A stretch of DNA of 62,203 nt from Hyphochytrium catenoides (Eukaryota; Protista; Hyphochytriomycota): the NCBI GenBank assembly GCA_900088475.1, contig FLMG01002824.1, forward strand, positions 1 through 62,203. The letters are read 5' to 3'. Under the pieces are notes generated by a model. That model saw only the letters and a program-made list of their open reading frames with translations. It did not search any database and had not been told where the DNA came from. The position numbers and the translations under genes were made by a program. The first letter of the stretch is position 1, and each line of letters begins with the position of its first letter. This document shows, one piece after another, positions 34,809 to 48,541 of this stretch.

Positions 34809-37800
34809 CTAGCGGGAAACCTTGCTTCCCCTCCTCGCTGTCTCTTCCTCTTTCGCTAAGACGTCTGGAGAGAGTTTGCCAAGGCCCAAAGACAACATCT
34901 CATACTTCGTCAGAATGAGCTTCTGCAACGCCACTTTCCTTTTCTGGTTCCAGGCTCCTGACTGATCGACTAGAAAATAGTAGGCGGTGCGAGACTTCTC
35001 ATCTTGATACCACCCGGTGGCTCCTTGGACAGTGCCTGCACGTTAACAAAGAGAGAATTGCTTTAAGAGGACAGCCGGCGTGGCTGTGCTTTGCCATCAG
35101 GCAAGACCTTGAAAAGAAAACGCTGCGATGGACTTGGCGCAAAGTTTGGGACGAAAGAGGATGGCAAAGCTCAGGGAGAACGAATAGATGAGCCAATTAT
35201 TCGTGAAGGCAAGTGAGAGATAGTCAGGCAAAGATGCCGAGAAAGGGCTTCTTCACTGATGACGATGAAGAGAGCAACGGTTCAGGACTGCCCTGGATAG
35301 AAATAGATAAACAATAGGTCAAGAAAGAATGAGGAGAGAGGTAGGAGAGAATCATTTACCGGGCATGGCACAGAGGACTTGGCTGAGTCGTGCAGCCTCC
35401 AGTCGCCTCTTCTGGAACTGGACTCTGAGGTGCAGTCCTATCATCATTTTCACCATGGTCTCCCTGGCCTCTCTCCTCTCCGTCTGCTTCTGTCTGATCT
35501 CTGACAAGTAGGAAAGCTAAGGTGAGAGAAATCCATGGAGCAAGTTCAAGCCCTTCAAGCCAGCTACGTACTTCGAGCAAATCGGGTAGAGAGAGTGCTC
35601 ATGGCCCACCGTCGAAGGGCAGCAGCGTGCTTATCCTTTTTCCGCTGCCTGAAGCGCTGAACATGACCTGCACCATGAGGAACCTTAGATAAGATCTGTG
35701 GCTGGATAGCGTTGGAAGGCAAAAGACGTAATCTTTCCATCTCTTTCATCTGGCCCTTCGTCAGGCTTCTTAGACTGTTCTCCCTCTCTCTCTCTTTTTC
35801 TCTCTCACACACACACTTCTCTCTCTCTCTCTATCCCTTGCTCATCGGTGTCTCTCTCTCTCCAACCGCGTCTCTCACACTCTCCATCCTTCTAGAGTCT
35901 CCTCATAACTCTCATATCAGGGTCCCTTTGTTCTCATGTACTTCTTGGCGAGTACGGAGGCGGCCTCTCGCTCGCCTCTCCCTCTCTCTGTCTCTCTTTA
36001 GCCTTTCCTATCTTTCCTCGCTTCCTCCCCCTCAACTCCCCATTCCCCCTCGGTTTCTTCTCATCTACCCTCGGTCTCTCCCTTCTTCTCCTCCTACTAT
36101 TTCTTTCCTTATTGAGACGTACTTGCAAGTGCGCGCTTGATGATCCCGAGGTTGCGCATCTGCTCCTTCAGTTTATACTGGCGGATCCTGAATGCACGTC
36201 GGCGTGCAACGTTTCCTCTCAGCACTCGCTGGATGTTGATCGCCGCCCTCTGAGAGCGGAGGAGGTCCTCGGTCCTCTGGCTTCTTCTCCTTTCTTCCTT
36301 CCTCTTCTTTAACTCTTGGTATCTTCTCCTGGCCGCTCTTCCTCGAGCTATGCGCTGAATGTCGATCGCAGCCTCTTCTCGTCTTCGGCTGTCATTCTTC
36401 TCTAGCTCTTTCCGGTTAATCTCTTCTTGCTGTCTCTGCTTCTCTAGGTCTTCCCTCGCCTTACTATCTGCAACTTCTCTCCCCATATTCTCTGCTTCCT
36501 CATGCCTAACCTTCTCCTCTCTCTCTTTCATTAACCGCTGCTCGTCCTCTTTACTGGCAGTCTCTTGCTCTGTGCCTCTCGTCCTCTCATCCGTTCTCTC
36601 CGACTTCGTGATGTCTTGTTGAGTCTCGTTCCTTATCGGCTCTTGTTTGTTCCCATCTTCGTTACCTTCCGCTTTCTCTATCAAGACTTCTTTTCCTCTA
36701 TCTTCGTCGGTCTTCTCTGCTGTTTCTTTCTTCTGTACTTTGGTCCTTTCCAGTCTCTTACTCTCTTGAATCTCTCTCTCTATCGCCTCTGGTTCCTCCG
36801 GCGTTTTGTTCTTCTGGGCTTGGCTTTCCAAGGCTTCTACGTCTCCATTCCTGTCCTTCTCGTCTTTTTGGGCTTTGTTCTCCTCCTCTGCCCTCACAGT
36901 CTCTATCCTTCGGATCTCTTCTGTTATGGACGGACGCCGTCTTTCCTCTTTGTTCTTCTCCTCCTGTGGGCTTTGTTTCTCTTCTCTCTTCTTCCTCCTT
37001 TTCTTCATCCTCCTGGGTCTGGCCCGTCTCCATTCGCTTTGTATGATCCTGGCTGCCTCCTCTTCCATTCTCCTCCTCCTCTCCGGAGCCGTTTTCACCC
37101 TGTCTCTATACCCTCTCCATACTCTTGCCACCTCGGTCTGGGCATTGTTTCTGAGATGCATTTCTCTCGTTCTATAGTGAGAGAGATACCATCGCCCAAC
37201 TTTCCTTCTAGCTGCCCTTCTTCTCTTCATATGACGGCGGTGGTGTGGAAGATAAGCCCGAAGGGCTTGGCAAATAACTCCCAGGGCATACTCCTGTCCG
37301 AGATGCATGATAGTGAGAGAGGGAAGAGCCAGCTATTGATAGGGAGAGATAGAGTGGCATGCTATGGGAGAGAAGAGTTATCCGTCGGAGGAGCCAGGTA
37401 GAGCTGCGACGTTCAAAGTAACGAGGTGTCCGCGCAAAAAGAGACCGCAGAACTAGGGGTGAAGACCAAGTTAACAAAGAGAGAAATATATGTGAATGCT
37501 ACCGAGGAGGCAGAGTGAGCAAGTGTGATTCTGCTGATGGAGAGAAGCGAGGCTTGTTCTAGACAGAGGAGAGAGTGTGACTGGAGATAAGGAGATGGCC
37601 GGGAGAAGGAGAAGGAAGCTTGGTTACCTCCAATATCGCTCTCATTTCTATCTGGATCTGCTTCCTTGTACGGTGTCCTCTCCACACTCTTTCTATCTCT
37701 GTCGCACAAAGAGAGAAGAGAAGCTCTTCACTTTCTCTCCTTATATCTCTCCTCACTCGCCAACCTCTGAAGCACCGTTGCACTTCTATAGCGGCATTGC

Positions 37801-38419
37801 GCCGCAGGAGCTTTCGTCTCCTGGAATAGGCTCTGCAAAGAGAGAGAGGATCGTGAATCATAGCAAAACAGAGTTCGAAGGAAGCCCACGGGAGGATAGG
37901 CAAGGTGCGTTAGACGCCATAAAGAGAAGACGAGGTACAGAAGACTACGCTAGTAGGAGAGCTTTGTGTGCAGCCAGTCCATCTGCTGCTTCTCCCATGG
38001 AATCATATTCACCTGAGATTCCTCCTGATCGTCAACATTGCTGCTCGCTCTCTTCTCCTCTGCCTGTACTGCTTATACTTCTTTCTCTCCCTATGCCCTC
38101 TATATAGCCGCTGAATATCTGTTGCACAGGCAGCTTGTCTCTTCTCTCTTTTCTTCTCCTGTGCTCTCCGGCGGCCGCGGTGTCCTCTATAGACGCGTTG
38201 TATAAGGATAGCCTTCTCCCTACGGCTCGCTTCTTTGCCAGCCTCTAGTTGACTTTCCTTGTGCTTGCAATACCTTAAGAGGTGGACCGGAAAATGGCAG
38301 TGAGGGGCAGGAGTGATGGCAAGAGCAAGCACAGCCCAAACAGGAGGATGAAGTAGGATTTAGAGTTTTCTGATGGGACGCGGCTCCTTTTCTCCACCAT
38401 TTCTGCCTTTCTGGTTGCT

Positions 38420-38469
<50 letters not shown>

Positions 38470-41226
38470 AGCACTTTCTCTTGATCAATCTCTCTCTCTC
38501 TATCTCTTTCTTTCTCTCTCTCTCTCTTTCTCTCTCTACCTCTGACACACATTATCCTTATGCCTTTTGCATCACCTTGAATAGCAGAGGAAGCCCCTGA
38601 TTTGTCTCTGAATTTCTATAGCCGCAGCTTGACGGAGAAAGAGATGCATTCTCTTGCGAAAGAGCAACCGGCCCATATGACCTCTGATGGAGAAAGAAAG
38701 GGATGTAAGGTCAGGACGGAGTCAGTGCACGGGAAAGTCAGATCAGTTGCTCCAGCACATGGAGCTAGTAAACAACCGCGAGGAAAAGAGATAGAGAAAG
38801 AGAGAGAACTAGCAGCGTATGAAGAAGTTGAGTGACCTATTGAACTATTGGGCAGGAAGAAGAAGAAGAGCCTCTGACGTTCTTTTGAGTCAAAGAAGAC
38901 ACATAAGACCTCTCCTTACCGGTAGACTCTCTGCATGTCCACTGCAGCTCTAGTCTGTACGAGCTGCAAGAGGAGAGGAAAAAGAGGGAGAGGGAGAGGC
39001 AGAAGATGAAGGAAGAGACAGGAGTTTTGGGGGTTGGAGAGAGAAGAAAAGAGAGAAGGAGGGACGAGAGGTAGAGAAGGGCGAGTCAGAATGAATAGAC
39101 ACCTTGAGGCATAAACAGACCGGGAGCCCTTTGAATGAAGCAAGCGGAACTTAGAAAATAAAGGTTAAGACACTGAGAGTTAGACGTATCACTCTCGTAA
39201 GACAAAGGGAGAGATCAGGGCGCATCTTGAAGAAGAAGAGAAGCAACTGCAAGAGCGACGAACAGGGGAAACCAGAACATGGGGGCACCAACCTGTCTCC
39301 TCTTGGCAACTGTCTTCCGTCTTCCTTTACTTCCCCTGAAGACCCTTTGTATCTCTCCTGCCGCGCCATCCTGGTCCCTTCTCCTTCTAAGCTTGGCCAC
39401 TCTCTTTCTTGCCCTTTTGCCTCTCCACATTCTCTGAATATCCACAGCACTCTTTCTTCTTCTCTCTTTAGCACGAAGTCTCTTGCATAGGTTCCGAGCA
39501 AGAAATCCTCTCCCTAGTGCCTGAAGCAATCGGGCAGAGTCATCCTCTCGTATCAGCTGTTCCAGACCTATGGCGAGAAAGACGAGATGATAAGAACGCG
39601 AGACATGAAAGTGAGAGGATGACCGATACGATTGCCTAGGAAAGAGGACGCTAAGCTCTTTGAAAAGAAAGAAGGAGTCAGCGACCGAGACAGTGAAGAG
39701 TGAGACGTAGAAGAAGAAAAAAAAGCCAAGGAAAGTACCTGCTTCGCCTTGTGGCATATCGTTAACAATTCTGTTAGAGAAGATCACTCGTCCTGAGCAC
39801 CGCTCGACTGCAAGAACGTCCCATATACTTTGAGAGTCTTGAGAGTGAGCATGCAAGGGCGGACAGGGAAGTTCTGCCAGAAGGCCCTTCGACACCAGAA
39901 CGGAGACAATCGCTTTTGAGGCATGATGCCTCTCCAGGTCTCTTGCCTTTCGTGCAGCCTGAACAAAGTCCAAGAGCAGAGGTTAAAGAAAAGAAGTGAA
40001 TGGGAAGACCGCGCAGAGAAGAGAAAGACCATCCCGAGCTAATAGCAAGCAGGCTAGAGAGAGAGACGGCGAAAGAGAAAAGAGTTGACACGTTCTTTTC
40101 ATAGAAGAATGGAGACCCAGTTCTTGGGCAACGTCACCTGGAGAGAAGAGCCTCCTGGCCCGTTCTCTTCGCCTTCTAACAACTTAGAGCCCAAGTTAGA
40201 CGGGGGAGAGAGGATGACGTAGTACCGGTACCATCCTTCTCCTAGGTCTCTTTCCCAGTACATTGTATGGACAACAGGTCCTGCTGCTCCGTTCTGGCTT
40301 ACTACTTGTGCCTCCACAAGGTTGGAAGAGGATATTGGATGAGTTGACCGAACGATCTCAGATGTCTGTCTGTCGCCTTTCTTAAGTCTCTCTGTCGAGG
40401 AGACACGTGTGACAGGAGAGATAGGGACCGCGCAATGTGGATCCAGGCGGCAGGATGGGTCTACCCATTGAAGGACAACCTGGACTTTCTTCTCCTTAAA
40501 GAGAGGGAACAGGTGCATCCTAAGGTTGATGCGATCTCCTAGAGCAAAAAGCAGAAAGAGAATGGGTGAGAGAGAGAGGCACAGCTGCAACCCGGTGAAG
40601 AAAGGGAGAGATGAAGAAATAGAAACAGAGAAGAAAAGAGAGGGAGGCTGAGAGAAAGAGAGAGATAGCTAGAAAGAGATGAGGTTAGAGTAAGATCTAG
40701 CCGGATTCTCCGGCAACTCAAATCAAAGTAGTCGAGAGAGATACAGCTAGAAAGGTAGAGTGAGGGAGTTGGCAGAAGGTAACGAGGTGGGAGAGAGAGA
40801 CCCGCATTGCCAGGAGGTGTACGCCTCGCTGTCCCAACATATCCTGGAGCTGAGGCAGTCACAATGAGCTCTGGCGCTGGGGAGGACTGGACGTCCAAAT
40901 GATAGGAACACCATCCATGATCGTTAGGAGTGACCTCGTACAGAGGTGAATGGCATCTGTGCGAGATGTAGAGCAGAATGTGAGACAGCCACATGGAGGA
41001 AGAAGATAGAGACAGAGAGAGTGGGTCGAGGAGCACTTGTAATAAATAGAACAGCGTTGGTAGGAGAGTGGAAAGTGGAGACAGGCAACAGACACAGGAG
41101 CTTGGAAAGAAGAAGGGAAGTGAAAAGAAGGGCTAGAGAACTTTGCTAGAAATAACCTAGCATCAAAGATGTACTTGCGAGAGAGAGAAAAAGAAAGAGA
41201 CAGAGAGGAGAGAGAGAGAGGGAGAG

Positions 41227-41286
<60 letters not shown>

Positions 41287-43456
41287 AAAGAGAGAGAGGG
41301 AGAGAGAGCGAGAACGGACGTAGGCTCAATGCATGAAGTTGCTGTTACCTTAGAAAGCCTGTTTGTGAATGACTGTACGAGGAGTGGAAGCGAACGCGGA
41401 TTAGGCGACGGGCGGCTTCCTGGCATCCCGAGACCTCCACTGAATAACTAAAGAGAAAGAGTAAGCACAAAGATATGAGGACACGGCAGGGGGATCGCAG
41501 AAGCCGAAAGGAAAAGACGGAGAGACGAGAAAGAGAGAAGAAAGAGTGTCTAAGGAATAGAGACAACTAGACAAGGGATCAGTGCGTTCACGGTATAGGG
41601 CAGACACTCTATCACCCCAGAGAGGAAGCGAAAAAAGGAGAGAGACTTCGTCCCCTTGTCCCTATTTTTAAGGCTCCATGCCTAGGCCTTACCAATCCTT
41701 CCGATCTAACCGCCACTAGTCAAGACGGAGAGAGAAGGTGATACTGCCTCTTCAACAGTGTATCTCTCTCTTTCACTCTCTCTCTCTCTCTCTTTTTGTC
41801 TAAGCTCAACTTACATAGTCGGCACCACATATCTCCACAGAATCATGGAAGAGGGGCCTGAAGGTCTTCCTCCTCCTGACACCAAGTTCCAATCGTGGGC
41901 TGTGAAACAGAGACAGAGATTGTGACGCTGAAGAGGGAAAGAAACAGCAGAGTAGGGAGAGCGAGAGAGGACCGGATAGCGTGCAAGGAGGATGCCACTC
42001 GTCGAGCCGACGCAAATCACATTTTTCTCCAGTGTGCTGGCGAGATCATACAAAGAAAATAGAGTAAGCGGGAGGGGGAGGGAGAGAGAGAGACGACAGA
42101 AATAGGTAGAGAGAGACCCGCGCGCGTGGGGAGAGATAGAGAGAGGAAAGAAAGATAGAGAGAGAAACAGAAAAGCGGAGGCAGAGAGAGAAGGAGAGAT
42201 ATCCAGTCAGTCAAACATAATAAAGATATGTTGTCTCTCTCAACAACCTCAGCCACTCATTTATGGAAAAGTCTCTTTCTTCGTCGTCTTTCAAGGTCTC
42301 TTTCTTTATGAGAACACTGACCTGGTGACTGTTATAGAGTCTGGAGAGCGGGCCTTATGGCTTCCAAGAGCACCTCCAAAGGGCTTCGCGGGAGATGGTG
42401 CTGCCCAGTGGGCGGTCTTCTCTCCTTGAGGAGACGCAGAGAATGAAAGAGTAGAGGTAGCTTCTCCTGCTTTTCCTCCTCCGTCCCCTTCCCCAAAAAG
42501 TCCAAAGAGCCCCTGAACTGGCCAGCCAAGGGCCATCGTCCAGGTATGCGGCGACATCGAGCGGATGACAGAAGTGTTAGAGAGCAGAGCTCCCGTCCTG
42601 TGGGCAGAGAGCAGTTAGGAAGAGCAATTGGGATCAGAGAAAGAGAACAGAGGTTGCAAGTAAGGGGAGAGAGAGAAGAGAAACCAAGAGAAAAAGAGCT
42701 CCTCTTTCTTGCCTCTTTGCTTACCGTGCCTCCCAGTAGAGCACCTCCCTTGTGCTTGTTGTGCATTGCAGGATAGCGCTATCCTCTGACCAGTCAAACT
42801 GGAGAACATAACCAGAAGCTTTGCTTACGCACTGGGCAACCTCTCTCACTTCTCCAGGATGTGGAGTAGAAGAGGAGAAGGGAGAGTCTGCAGAGTTAGA
42901 GCTGGAAGAATGAAAGAGGAAGACGGACAATATTCCATCTCTTCGAGCCACCGCTAGCAGTCTACCGTCAGGAGAGAACTTCAGAGCCTGCACAGCCTTT
43001 GAAATGGTCTTGCGGCTGACACTAGAGCAAAGAGGAAGAGTCAAAGGAAGAGATGCGACCAGGGAAGGGGTAGACAGGTTGAAGGCTAGCGATGAAAAGA
43101 AGACAGAGCAGCAGAAGTTGTAGCTCCAGAAATTAGGGCTTTCGGGAGCGTAGCAGTTGGGCCAGTGCCAGCATTATAACGGGACCAGAAGAGTAGCTGG
43201 CACCGCTTAAAGGGTCTAAAGAACGAGAGGACACAGCCTGGACAGAGATAAGAATGTGCTCTGACCTCTGAGATTGCTCCTGCCGTCCGTCTGGCTTTAT
43301 GGTTCCTGGTGCGGAGGGCCCTGACCCTAAGCATATAAGGGCAAATAAAAGGCTTTAACTCCTAGTAGTGCTGGCTGTGGCAAGCCGTAAGGGGCACAAG
43401 TCCCGCAGACTCTTTCATCTCTTCGCATTGCTTGTGCTTCGTCGTCTTCCCTCTTC

Positions 43457-43513
<57 letters not shown>

Positions 43514-46500
43514 ATAGTTCTTTTTCGTTCTACCCGCTTCCAATGTTCCTTGTAGCGTGACTGATACATCTCTTCCTCTCGTTATCCCTTCCTGCCTGTC
43601 ACCCAGGGCCTACCATCCTCAAGCCTTCAGCTGCACCAGTCTCACCTTCATCAGTAGGAGGGCACAGCTTCCCCATTTCTCTTAGTTCTGCGGCAATATA
43701 CTCTTTCCTCTCTACCTCCTCCTCCCTCAATCGCAATCGGAACAGAAGGATGAATCCGTCCGCACCTCCGACAGCCAATAGTGAGCCTTCAGATGTCAGT
43801 GCCAGGCATTTCGGAGCACATTTCAGAGGAAGGCGCAGGAGGGCGCAACCTTCAGTGTCCGTGCTCCAGACGCGAAGCGTTCTTAGTAAGACAAGAAGCG
43901 AGAGTGACGGAGAAATTGAATGGTGAGTGAGGGAGAGAGAGAAATCCTGAGCAGAAGACAGATGAAGCAATGGGAAAGAGAACCAGGGGTAGGACGGAGA
44001 TAAACAAGGGCGATTTAGCTATGAGACGAAGAGCTCTCTACCTATCAAACATGCCGCAGGTGATAAAGATCGGCGCATCGCTGTGAGAGACGACTGCCGT
44101 GACGGAGACCCCGTGATATTCTAGCAGAATGTCTGCCCGGCACTGGATCAATGAGAAGACCTGCTGTGAATGGGTCCGTCCAGCCCATCTATCGGCTCTC
44201 TCCCTCTCTTGAACTACTTTCTCTCCTCTCAGTAAAGGAAGGAATTCCGATAAGCTGAGCCTCACCATGCCATGAATCTGTGTAGGAAGAATGAAGGAGA
44301 GTGGTGGAGAGAAAGAAGGAAGGGAGGAAGACAAAGAGAGAAGCGTAGAGCCAGTGACGGGGAGCGCGGCCTCTGCTTTGGGGCCATTCATAATGGAAAA
44401 CCGGATGACGACCAACACCTCAGGATTTATGCGTCTGCCATCTCCGAGCTGGCCCAGGGAAGTTAAGGGACAGAAGAGGAAATGAGGGAAGAGAAGAGTG
44501 AGAGAGAGAGAGAGAGGGAGGGGGAGAGAGATGTGAGAGTTCATCGTTGGCTGGACGGAGACGTCACGAGTCAAACTAGAGAGAAAAGGGTAAAGTCTTC
44601 GGAAAGACGAAAGAAGACACGAGCTCTAAGAGTTGATGGGCCGTTCTTTCTTTAGTTTTCTGGTCCTTTCCTTTCTCCTCTCTCACCTTCCAGACAGTGA
44701 AGGTCCCGTCCTTTGCTCCTATTAGAAAAACTGAGAGTGGCGCAGGAAAAAAAGAGAGACATGACACTGCCGACTTAAGACGAGGAAGGCGAAACAAGAG
44801 CTGTCCGCCAGGTTGCCACGGAGTAACGCTCCCGCTCCCGTGACCCTTTGACGTTTCCGTCCCATCTTCTAAAGCATCTCCCTCTCCGTATCTCTCCTGT
44901 AAGGCAAGGGAGGCAAGAGTGAGGTGGAGTTAGTGTGAGAGAGAGAGTGAGAGAGAAAAGACAGCTTATTGACGAAGTGGAGACGAAAGTATGAGAGAAA
45001 CCAAATGAGATGAGAAAGGATAACTGAGGGGTGGGAACGAGGGATTGCTCAGGGAGCCGCTAGAGATAAAAGAGAGACAGAGAGAGAGAGAGAGACAGAG
45101 AGAGCGTAAGTGAGGATAGCCAGGCTGTCAGGCAAGCTAGAGAAGCGCACGGTCGAGCCTAAGGAAGTGAACGAAGAGAGAGGTCACGTAGTCCCTACCT
45201 CTCTCTGGTGTTGCCACAAAGTGACGTCTCCTCCTAGGGTGCCGACAATCAAAATGCTTGACTGGTGGGGGTAGGGAACGCAGAGGACACTGAGGAGAGA
45301 GGATTCGACAGGGGAGAAAAGAGAGAGAGAGAGAGAGAGAGTAATCAAGGGTTAAGGAATGATGATAGTACGTACTCCCGTCCGTGGCACAAGCTCCTCT
45401 TTGTCTCACCTCTTCACACATCATTTCTCTCTCACTCTCCTCCCTGGCTTGGACACTCTATCTTACTCGTTCGCCTTTCTCTCTTGCTATACCGATTTGT
45501 TACCTGGTAATAGTGTTGTCTCCCTTGCTGCTAATCATCTGCATCTCGCCTTCTAAAGCCCATGACATGTCTCTTTGCCGGCTGGTCGGCCGCAGGCTTA
45601 GAGAGTGGCAATTGGAGAGAGAGGACAAAAGTGAGGAAGAGAGAGAGGAGAGAGAGACTAATAAATGCCTCGACAGTTTAAAGCAGAAGGGCCGCACCTT
45701 AGAACTTCAATAAAAAGTAGCGTGGCCGAAGGGAAGAGGAATCATCTAGATAGATATGCGCAGAGAAAGAGAGAGACAAAAGGAGAGAGACCCCGAGAGA
45801 AAGAAGAGAGAAGAAAAACAGGGAAGCAAGAGAGAAAGGAAGGAGAGGAGTAGGGAAGAAGGCGTACGGGACCAAGGCAATGCACCATACTAGAGGAGAA
45901 GAAGAGAAAAGAAAACTATCCCAATTGAGAGGAAAGATGGGCGGCGCTTACAGATCTTTGTGTTTCCTTCCTCTGCCTCTCGCTTGGGCTGTCAGCACCC
46001 AGAACTTGATAAAGTGCTTACCTAAGGAAAGGATGAACAGTGAAGGAAAGTGTCCACGCAGACAATATCGAGAGAGTCAGAGAGAGAGAGAGAGCTTAGA
46101 GAGTATTCGGTGCATGGATGATGAAGGAAATTAGCAAGGCGTGGAAGAGAGAGAGAGGGGAGGACATTCCTTGGCGACAGTATAACGAAGAGTGCGAGAG
46201 AAAGAAGACCAAGAGAGAGAGAGAGAGGGAGCAAAAGAGAGGGAAAGAAAAGGTTGCCGATTGAACAGTCCAAGAGAAGGATAAGAGTAAAGCTCTCAGG
46301 GAGGTGACGATAACTTGAGCTAAGAGTCTAAAGCCCAGTCGAGACAAACAGATCGGCAGAAAGAGTGACATGGAAAAGGAGAGCAAGGCGTTGGCAAAAG
46401 ACAAGGATAACGCTGATGAGATGAATGCTTTGGAAAGACAGCGTTATAAAGAGAGAGACAGAGAGAGAGATGGGAGGGAGAGGAAAAGAGAGAGAGCCAG

Positions 46501-48504
46501 ATCTAAAGTGAGAGAGAGAGTGAGAGAACTGGGAGAGGTGATCACTACCGGTTGAGAAGAGACAGTACTGGGAGGTGGCGCCAGCCTGAACCGCTTCGCG
46601 CTTATTTGGAAGAGAGAAGTTGAAAGGTGAGAAAGAGAGAGTGGATGTCGGCTGTGAAGAGTTTGCCTCCACGAGACAGAGAGCCTCCCCTTTGGTCCAT
46701 AGCCAGATCACGACAAGTGGGAAAGACATGGAGAGGGAAACAGGAGGGGAAGAGGAGAAAGTCTCTCTCTCTTCCGCACCACAAAGAGTAGCAAGAAGAT
46801 CTCCGTCAGGAGAGAAGCTCAAACTGATAATGTTCTGGAGAAGCTTCGAAGGAGGAAGAGAAAATGCCGATTTCCCTCTCTCTAGGCCTGAAGACACCGA
46901 GCACTGCTTCTGCCAAAAGAACGTGTGTCAGAGGATGAAAAGATCCGAGAGAGCAAGAGGATGAAAAAAAAAGATGAAGAGAGAGCCAAGCTCTTCCCCC
47001 GTCGACAATCATGAGAAAGGAGAGAGGAGACAGAGGACAAATGCTCCTTTATGCTTCACCTTGCTATGCTAAACAAGAGAACCTCGTTTGAAAGAAGAGA
47101 GAAGGAAAGACAAGGGACACTGACAGCAGTAAGAGGTCAGCTTGTCTTACATCGTTAAATCTCTTGATGACAGTCTTCGTCACTGCATCCCAGACAATAA
47201 TGTGGCTTCTCTCCTCGGTTGTCTCTTCTCCTACCGCCCTTCTGTCTCTCCCTACTGTCTCTCTCCCTTCCAACCCTCTTTCAGCGCTAGCGATAGTCCT
47301 CCTGTCATGGCTAAGGGCCATGCAGCTGATCTCTCCTCGATGCTCGGTGAAGAGTCTTTGTGCTCCACTTCCAGGATGGAGGAGAACAGCAGCGCAAGAT
47401 ACCCAGAAGAGAATCTACAGGAAGAAGGAGATGACGATCAAGAAGTTAGCAAGGGACAAGTAGGACGAAGAGAGGAAAAAGAGCTGAGACGGATACTGGT
47501 AGAGAGGAAGAGGATATAGCTAACGGACAACGTAACTTTTCCTAAATAAGTGACAGAAGAGGAAGGACTCAAAAAAGATGAGGAGAGAANNNNNNNNNNN
47601 NNNNNNNNNNNNNNNNNNNNNNNNGAGAGAGAGAGAGAGAGAGAACGACAACGGACACGGTGACAGAGAGCTAAGGCACTACAGACAGCGTGGACGAGGA
47701 ACAAGAAGAGAATCGAGATAGGTGAGTGCCTTCAGCGGGAGAGAGGCAGAAAGAGGAAAGTAGAGAAGAAGCTTTCCTATTCCTATTAGAGTTAGGAAAG
47801 GAAGAGAGGAAGGGAAAAGAAGAGAGAGAGACCGAGAGGTTATCCATGGCCCCACCTCTCCCGTGCAGACTTGGAACATCATGGGATTCGGAGGCATTCC
47901 TTCCTGGGCCGCTGAGCCATGGACTCTCTGTGGCTTTAGAAAGCTGTCCGGAGGAGAAGAGTCCACGGCCTGTGAAGTCCACTCGGGAGGATAGACAGCA
48001 TTCTTGCACTCTGGGTACCTGGCGTGAGTGAGAGAGACAGAGGGAGGAGTGGAGAAGAGAGAGGAAGGGGAGAAGGAGAGAGAAGTGTAAGAGGGAGACA
48101 CAGCGGTTTAGAGAAAAGAAACAGAGGAGTCGGAGAGCGCCGGAAGTTTTAAAGGTGGACAAGGCAAGGACTGCATCTTAAAGAAGATCTTTAGAGAATC
48201 TAGCGGTAGAGGGAAAGAGAGAGAGAGAGAGAGCAGAGAACTAAGAGAGAGAGGAAAATAGAGAGAGCAAGAGAGACAGAGACAGCGACAATAAAGAGTG
48301 AGGAAAGAGAGAAAGAGGGGAGAGCGATTAGAATTAAGGGCAGAGGGATTGACTTACCGCACGCCTCCTCCTCCTCCTACCCGCACGCCTTCAGAGACTT
48401 GCCCAGCGCTTGGCTTCGATGGGTTGGACGCCAGCCGCGGTAGCTTCGCGGGAGAGCTCCTACGTATGATGACAGGTTGCCGAGGAAGAGATGAACGGAG
48501 AGAG

Positions 48505-48541
<37 letters not shown>

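Noticed and set aside
36565-37401. 278-aa hydrophobic + strand ORF (similarly 50153-50845 and ORFs antisense to the ankyrin and STAND genes)
   Set aside because: Antisense shadows of E/K/R-rich or long coding exons on the opposite strand.
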